Of a stretch of DNA of 64,000 nt, positions 59,216-64,000 are shown one piece after another (position 1 is the first letter of the stretch; each line of letters opens with the position of its first letter). The DNA is from Verrucomicrobiota bacterium (GTDB taxonomy: Bacteria; Verrucomicrobiota; Kiritimatiellia; RFP12; UBA1067): assembly GCA_023269675.1 (NCBI GenBank), contig JAHFSX010000003.1:255018-319017 (forward strand). Direction: 5' to 3'. A program made the position numbers and the translations under genes. The notes beneath the pieces are model-generated. The model did no database searches. It was not told where the DNA came from and saw only the letters and a program-made list of their open reading frames with translations.

Positions 59216-59324
59216 GCAGGCTCAACCATTAACGTGTAACCACCAACGTCTTCTCTCTTTCTCCTTGGTGTCTTCGTGCCTTTGTGTTTCAATGAAAACC
59301 CATTGTAATTAAAGGGGAGTCTCT

Positions 59325-62300
59325 ATGCAGCAATGTCTCAGGAAGGTCGTGATGTTCGCCGCGCTGTCATGCGCCGGCGTCGGTTTCGGATTCAATCCGC
59401 CGACGGATAAGCAGGAGGGTGTTACGCTGAGCATCGAGAGCTTCCCGGAAGAGGCCGGGATGGACCGCTCGGCCGTCCGGAAAGTCGCGGCCGACCAACC
59501 GCTCGCCTTTACGGTGACGCTCAAGAATGAGAGCGCGAAGCCCGTCGCGGGCACGGTCAGCCTGTGGCTCAACGACGACTGGCAGATGGTCAGCACCAAC
59601 GCGGTCGCTCTCGCGGCCGAGCCCGGCAAGAGCGTCACGGTCACCTGCTCCGCCCGGGCGCGTGACTCGGTGCTGAGCGCGCTCTATCCTGTGCACGCCA
59701 AGCTCGCGCTCGTGGTGGACGGCAAGCCGCTTGAACTCCGCCCCGTGGCGATCTTCGAGGCTGTGAAGCCCGCGGCCGCGAAAGCCGCTGCCGCGGTGAC
59801 GGAGACCGTGCTCGCCGACGGCGTGGTGCGCCTCGATAGCGGCGCCGTCCGACAGGTGTTCGTCCTACAGAAGGAGAAGGTCACGGAACTGGGCGTGAAT
59901 TTCTCCGGCGCGGACGCGGCGAGCGGCACGCACATGAGCCGCGACACGAACACGCGCGGCGGTCTGTCGCGCGCGGGGTTCACGATCCATCCGGCTTACC
60001 GCGGCGGGCCGGGCGTCACTTGGAACGAATTTAAGCTGGCATTGCCCGCCGGGAAGCCCGCCGCGCTGAAGTTCTTTACCGCGCTGCGCGACAGCAGCGC
60101 CACCGAGCCCGCGAGCGACGGCACCGAGTTCAAAGTCATTGTCATCGGGGCGGACAAGGCGGAGAAGGAAGTGTTCACGCGCTTCAGCGACAGCAAGGCG
60201 TGGGAGCCCGCCGCCGTGGACCTCGGCGCGTACGCGGGGCAGCACATCACCTTGCGCCTGTGGACCGGACCGGGACCCAAGAACAACACGACCTGTGACC
60301 AGTGCTTCTGGGGCGACCCCGTGATCACCGTCGGCACGCTGCCCGCGCTCCCGACCGAGGCGCAGTGGCTGGCGCGCGAGCAGGACGCGGTCGCCCGCGC
60401 CAAGCTGGCGATGACGAAAAAGCCCAAACGCGGCACCGGCGTCTTCCGCTTGGACGTCGGCGGCCAGCGCTTCGGCGCGGCGGTGGTGCTGGGCGCGCAG
60501 GGGCTCACCGACGGCGTGATCGCCTTCACCGACGGCGCGCGCGTGCTGACCTACCGCGGCTTCGCCTGCGACATCGACAAGGCTGCGGTCGGCGGCGTCG
60601 AGAACGGCCAGCCCGTGCTCAGCGTCGCGACCGCGGCCGAGGGCGGCGCGTGGATTGTGACGCATCTCGTGTCGCGGCCGGAGGGCACCGTGCCGGTGCG
60701 GGCGAGCATCCGCGCCGACGGCGGCGCGCTGCGCATCGCGTGGGACATGCCGGGCGTCACGCGCGACGCGCGCGGCACCCCCCGCTACACGCGGCTGGGG
60801 ATCGGCGCCGGGAGCGAGCCGGTCTGGCGCGCCTACGCGGGCTTCGGCAACGTCATCGAGAAGCCGGGCGCGTTCGACCTGCACGGCGGGGGATTCATCC
60901 TCAGCACGCGGCACATCGGCGCGGACTATACCAACGGGCTCAGCCTGGTGCAGGCCTGCGACATCTTTCCCGACCGCCTGACGCACGCGCCCGCGACGCA
61001 GCGCTTTGCGCTTGAAACTTCGCACGACGCGGGCTTCCTGTTCATTCCCTCCGCCCAGGGCGCGTTCGCGGCCGCGCGGGCGTACCGCGACCTGAGCGGC
61101 TTCAAGAAAGGCCCCGGCGTGGCCGCGCTGCAGGGCCGCATGTGCCTCGACCAGTGGTCGGGCGACTATCTCGCCGCGGCGGCCGACCTGAAAGAGGCGG
61201 CCAAGTACGGCGTGACCGACGCGATCTTCGTGAAGCACGTCTGGCAGCGCTGGGGTTACGACTACCGACTGCCGGACATCTACCCGCCGGCGGGCGGGCT
61301 CGAGCCGTTCCTCGCCATGCGCGCGGCGGCGGAGCAGGCGGGCATGCTTTTCTGCCCGCACGACAACTACATCGACTTCTATCCCGACGCCGAGGGGTAC
61401 AGCTACGACCGGATCGTCTTCACCGAGGACGGGCGTCCCATGAAGGCCTGGTTCAACAAGGGCCGCGCCGCGCTGAGCTACCGCTGGCTGCCGCACGGGT
61501 TCCGTCCCTCGCTCGAGAGCAACATGCGGCAGATGCACGACGGCTTCGGGCCCGACAGCCTCTTCATCGACGTCTTCACCGCGATCTCGCCCTTCGATTA
61601 CTATGACCGCGCCGGGACCTACTATCCCCGTATGCGGACGGCCCAGGAGTGGCGCGGCGCATTCGACACCTGCCGCAAGATGCTCAAGAAGGGCGCGCCC
61701 ATGCTCAGCGAGGCCGGCACCGACGCCCTGATCGGCTCGCTCGACGGCGGCGAGGCGGACCACTTTCCGGCTGCGCGCTGGCTGAAGGAGTTCGGCGACG
61801 CCGAACGCACGCCGTGGCACGACATGGCCACGCACGGCAAGATGGTGCTGCTCGCGGGCGGTTTGGGGCCGCGCTACAGCGCCTTCGACTGGGATGACAA
61901 TGCGGGCAAGCCGCTGCACGGCTATGCCAGCGACGACTATCTCTCCAACACCGTGATGGGCGGACGCAACCCCATGTGCGACGGCCCCTTCTCGCGCCGC
62001 GCGGTGATGACCTACTGGCTGCTGCACGACGCGTGCGCCGTACTGGCCCGCGAGGAGTTCGAGACGCACAGGTTCGGCGCGAGCGTGAAGCAGCAGCACA
62101 CGACCTTCAGCGGCGGCGGCCAGGTCTGGGTGAACCGCGGCTCCAACGCGGTCTGGACGGTGGCGGGCAACAGGCTGCTGCCGGAGTACGGGTTTTATGT
62201 CGCGACGCCCGCGGCGCAGGCCGGCGTGGTGCTGATCGCAGGGCAGCGCGCGGGCTTCGCGAAGTCCGAGGAGAGCTACTTCGCGGACGCGCGGCCTGTG

Positions 62301-63056
62301 CACAACCCGCTGAGCAAATTGCGGGTCGAGTCCTCCACCGCGGACGGGAAGTATCTCGGCGGCGGCGCGTTCGAGGTCACCTTTAACTGGAACGTGCTGG
62401 ACCCCGCCTTCGACGGGTATGTGCCTTTTATCCACGTCTGCGCCGACAAGGGCACCAAGGACAAAGGTGAACACATCGCGTTTCAGACGGACATGCGGGT
62501 CGACCGCACGCTGTTCAAGCGGCCGGGCCGCTTCACCGCGACCGCGCGCATTACGGTGCCGCCGCATCTGCCCGCCGGCGAGTACAAGATCCGGTACGGG
62601 CTTTACAACTCGGCCAAGGGCGACCGGATGTCGATCCGCGGGCTGACCGACGGCGGCCAGCGCATTCTGGGCGGCGTCATGAAGGTCGACAAGAGCGGCG
62701 ACGCCTTCACCGGGGGCTCCTTCGCGCGGGAGACGTCACCCACCGACGAGAAGGCGCTGGGCTTGAACGTCGAGAACAAGATGCTCGATTTCGGCCCGCT
62801 CGTCACGGACGGCGCGTTCCGCCTGCTCCACGCCGACCGCAAGGCGTGGCAGCTGGTCCCGCTGCCCGGCAGCAACGCGTTCCGCGCGGAGATCAAGCTG
62901 GCGGAGTTCGGCGCCAAGCGCGCGAAGATCAAGGCGGTCGAGAGGGTCGACCCGCTCAACGCCGCTGCGAAAGATGCGGAGTGGACGCAGGACGGGACCA
63001 CGCTGCGCCTCGCCTGCGACGGACAGTCCTTCGCCTACCGGCTGCTGTTCGATTAA
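59325..63056 (+). CDS. Large secreted putative glycoside hydrolase, paralog B
   Basis: Collinear with paralog A end to end, same motifs; RBS AAGGGGAG. Confidence 0.6.
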   Translation: MQQCLRKVVMFAALSCAGVGFGFNPPTDKQEGVTLSIESFPEEAGMDRSAVRKVAADQPLAFTVTLKNESAKPVAGTVSLWLNDDWQMVSTNAVALAAEPGKSVTVTCSARARDSVLSALYPVHAKLALVVDGKPLELRPVAIFEAVKPAAAKAAAAVTETVLADGVVRLDSGAVRQVFVLQKEKVTELGVNFSGADAASGTHMSRDTNTRGGLSRAGFTIHPAYRGGPGVTWNEFKLALPAGKPAALKFFTALRDSSATEPASDGTEFKVIVIGADKAEKEVFTRFSDSKAWEPAAVDLGAYAGQHITLRLWTGPGPKNNTTCDQCFWGDPVITVGTLPALPTEAQWLAREQDAVARAKLAMTKKPKRGTGVFRLDVGGQRFGAAVVLGAQGLTDGVIAFTDGARVLTYRGFACDIDKAAVGGVENGQPVLSVATAAEGGAWIVTHLVSRPEGTVPVRASIRADGGALRIAWDMPGVTRDARGTPRYTRLGIGAGSEPVWRAYAGFGNVIEKPGAFDLHGGGFILSTRHIGADYTNGLSLVQACDIFPDRLTHAPATQRFALETSHDAGFLFIPSAQGAFAAARAYRDLSGFKKGPGVAALQGRMCLDQWSGDYLAAAADLKEAAKYGVTDAIFVKHVWQRWGYDYRLPDIYPPAGGLEPFLAMRAAAEQAGMLFCPHDNYIDFYPDAEGYSYDRIVFTEDGRPMKAWFNKGRAALSYRWLPHGFRPSLESNMRQMHDGFGPDSLFIDVFTAISPFDYYDRAGTYYPRMRTAQEWRGAFDTCRKMLKKGAPMLSEAGTDALIGSLDGGEADHFPAARWLKEFGDAERTPWHDMATHGKMVLLAGGLGPRYSAFDWDDNAGKPLHGYASDDYLSNTVMGGRNPMCDGPFSRRAVMTYWLLHDACAVLAREEFETHRFGASVKQQHTTFSGGGQVWVNRGSNAVWTVAGNRLLPEYGFYVATPAAQAGVVLIAGQRAGFAKSEESYFADARPVHNPLSKLRVESSTADGKYLGGGAFEVTFNWNVLDPAFDGYVPFIHVCADKGTKDKGEHIAFQTDMRVDRTLFKRPGRFTATARITVPPHLPAGEYKIRYGLYNSAKGDRMSIRGLTDGGQRILGGVMKVDKSGDAFTGGSFARETSPTDEKALGLNVENKMLDFGPLVTDGAFRLLHADRKAWQLVPLPGSNAFRAEIKLAEFGAKRAKIKAVERVDPLNAAAKDAEWTQDGTTLRLACDGQSFAYRLLFD

Positions 63057-63226
63057 ATCGAGAGCGCCTCATGCTTACCGATCAGGGCCATACGCCGGGC
63101 AGTTTGCTCGCATATGGCCCTTTTCTGTTCCCGCCTATCCCTTAATTCAGTTGCACGGATATGCGTACGGTGCTATCGTTTCCCGATAGTAAAGTTTGTA
63201 TTCCTTGCATGGATAGGAGATGAAGT

Positions 63227-64000
63227 ATGAGGCTGTCGACCGTCGTTACCGTGGTGCGCATACCTTTATTAGCGGCCTTTTTGACCGTTCTGTCAACCGC
63301 CGCGTTTGGCGATTCGCCGGTTCTCCGCTGGAATGGCCCCGCCGCAGGTACGAACCTCTGGGACGCCGCTGCTGTCACCTGGCTCGACGCGGGCGACGCC
63401 GCCGTGGCGTGGCAGCCCGGCGCCGAGGCGCGCTTCGAAGGCGCGGGCGGCATCGTGAACGTGGCCGCCGACGTCGCCGTTTCGAACATCACCTTCACCG
63501 GCAACGGCTACGCGCTGCTCGGCGCTGGCCGTCTCGCCGTCGAAGGCGCGGTCTCCGCCGCCGCAGGCACCACCAACAGCATCGCAGCCGAAATCATCAC
63601 GAGCGTCGGCATCAGCAAGACCGGCGCGGGCGCGCTGGCCGTCAGCCGCTGCACCGGGCCGCTGACCGCAGCGGAAGGCACGCTGCTGGTCTCGGGCTCG
63701 TTGTTTACGGATGCCGATCTCGCAGTGGCCAGCGGCGCGTCGGTGGTCACCTTCGGCGACCCCGCTGCCGCGTCCAACCTGATCCTCAACCCGGGTTTCG
63801 AACTGCCCGCGATGACGAGCGGCTCGTTCAACTACGTCGGCGGCGGAAACGTCATCTCCAACTGGACGGCCATCGCCCTGGCCAACAACGTCGGCCGCCA
63901 GAACACGGCCACCGCCAGCCAGTGGAACTCGGCGGGGGCCTCGCCGGACGGCACGCACATGCTGATCCTGCAGTACAGCGGCACGCTCGCCCAGACGGTC
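63227..64000 (+). CDS. Secreted PATR-type protein with CBM-like domain (partial, runs off the window)
   Basis: Not in the ORF track because it has no stop. MRLSTVV..TAAFG-DSPVLRWNG..LWD..W, SKTGAGALAV, NLILNPGFE; RBS AGGAG. Confidence 0.8.
   Translation, partial: MRLSTVVTVVRIPLLAAFLTVLSTAAFGDSPVLRWNGPAAGTNLWDAAAVTWLDAGDAAVAWQPGAEARFEGAGGIVNVAADVAVSNITFTGNGYALLGAGRLAVEGAVSAAAGTTNSIAAEIITSVGISKTGAGALAVSRCTGPLTAAEGTLLVSGSLFTDADLAVASGASVVTFGDPAAASNLILNPGFELPAMTSGSFNYVGGGNVISNWTAIALANNVGRQNTATASQWNSAGASPDGTHMLILQYSGTLAQTV

Overview
High-GC bacterial chromosome segment; gene content and style suggest the PVC superphylum, most likely Kiritimatiellae/Lentisphaerae (inference). From left to right it holds an orphan vsr and a ~18 kb tandem array of five secreted autotransporter-associated beta-strand-repeat (PATR) proteins with no beta-barrel. 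A housekeeping/envelope block follows (yjbQ, rsmA, surA-like, trmH-family, AEC transporter, degP, lpxD-skp-bamA, TatD). Next come a two-gene YkgJ-type Fe-S protein + secreted hexapeptide-repeat peptide unit, an Rrf2-ferredoxin-hcp operon, and a glycan-utilisation region (PQQ propeller, GH127-like, GH2, XylR-type regulator, SGNH, LamG-NPCBM). The right end has a TRAP transporter, pgsA-like, two tandem GH129/DUF5696-like paralogs and a truncated PATR-type gene. Many intergenic REP-like palindromes are present; I saw no tRNA, rRNA, CRISPR array or transposase. The two best candidates for undescribed systems are (1) the YkgJ/FliB-like enzyme with an unlisted 110-aa secreted K-x-S-x-Q-x decarepeat peptide, a possible peptide-modification or amyloid/beta-solenoid system, and (2) a strictly positioned C-terminal 'GT+5' heptapeptide on six secreted proteins of two unrelated folds, a possible new sorting signal. 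All family calls come from recognising motifs by eye, not from database searches.
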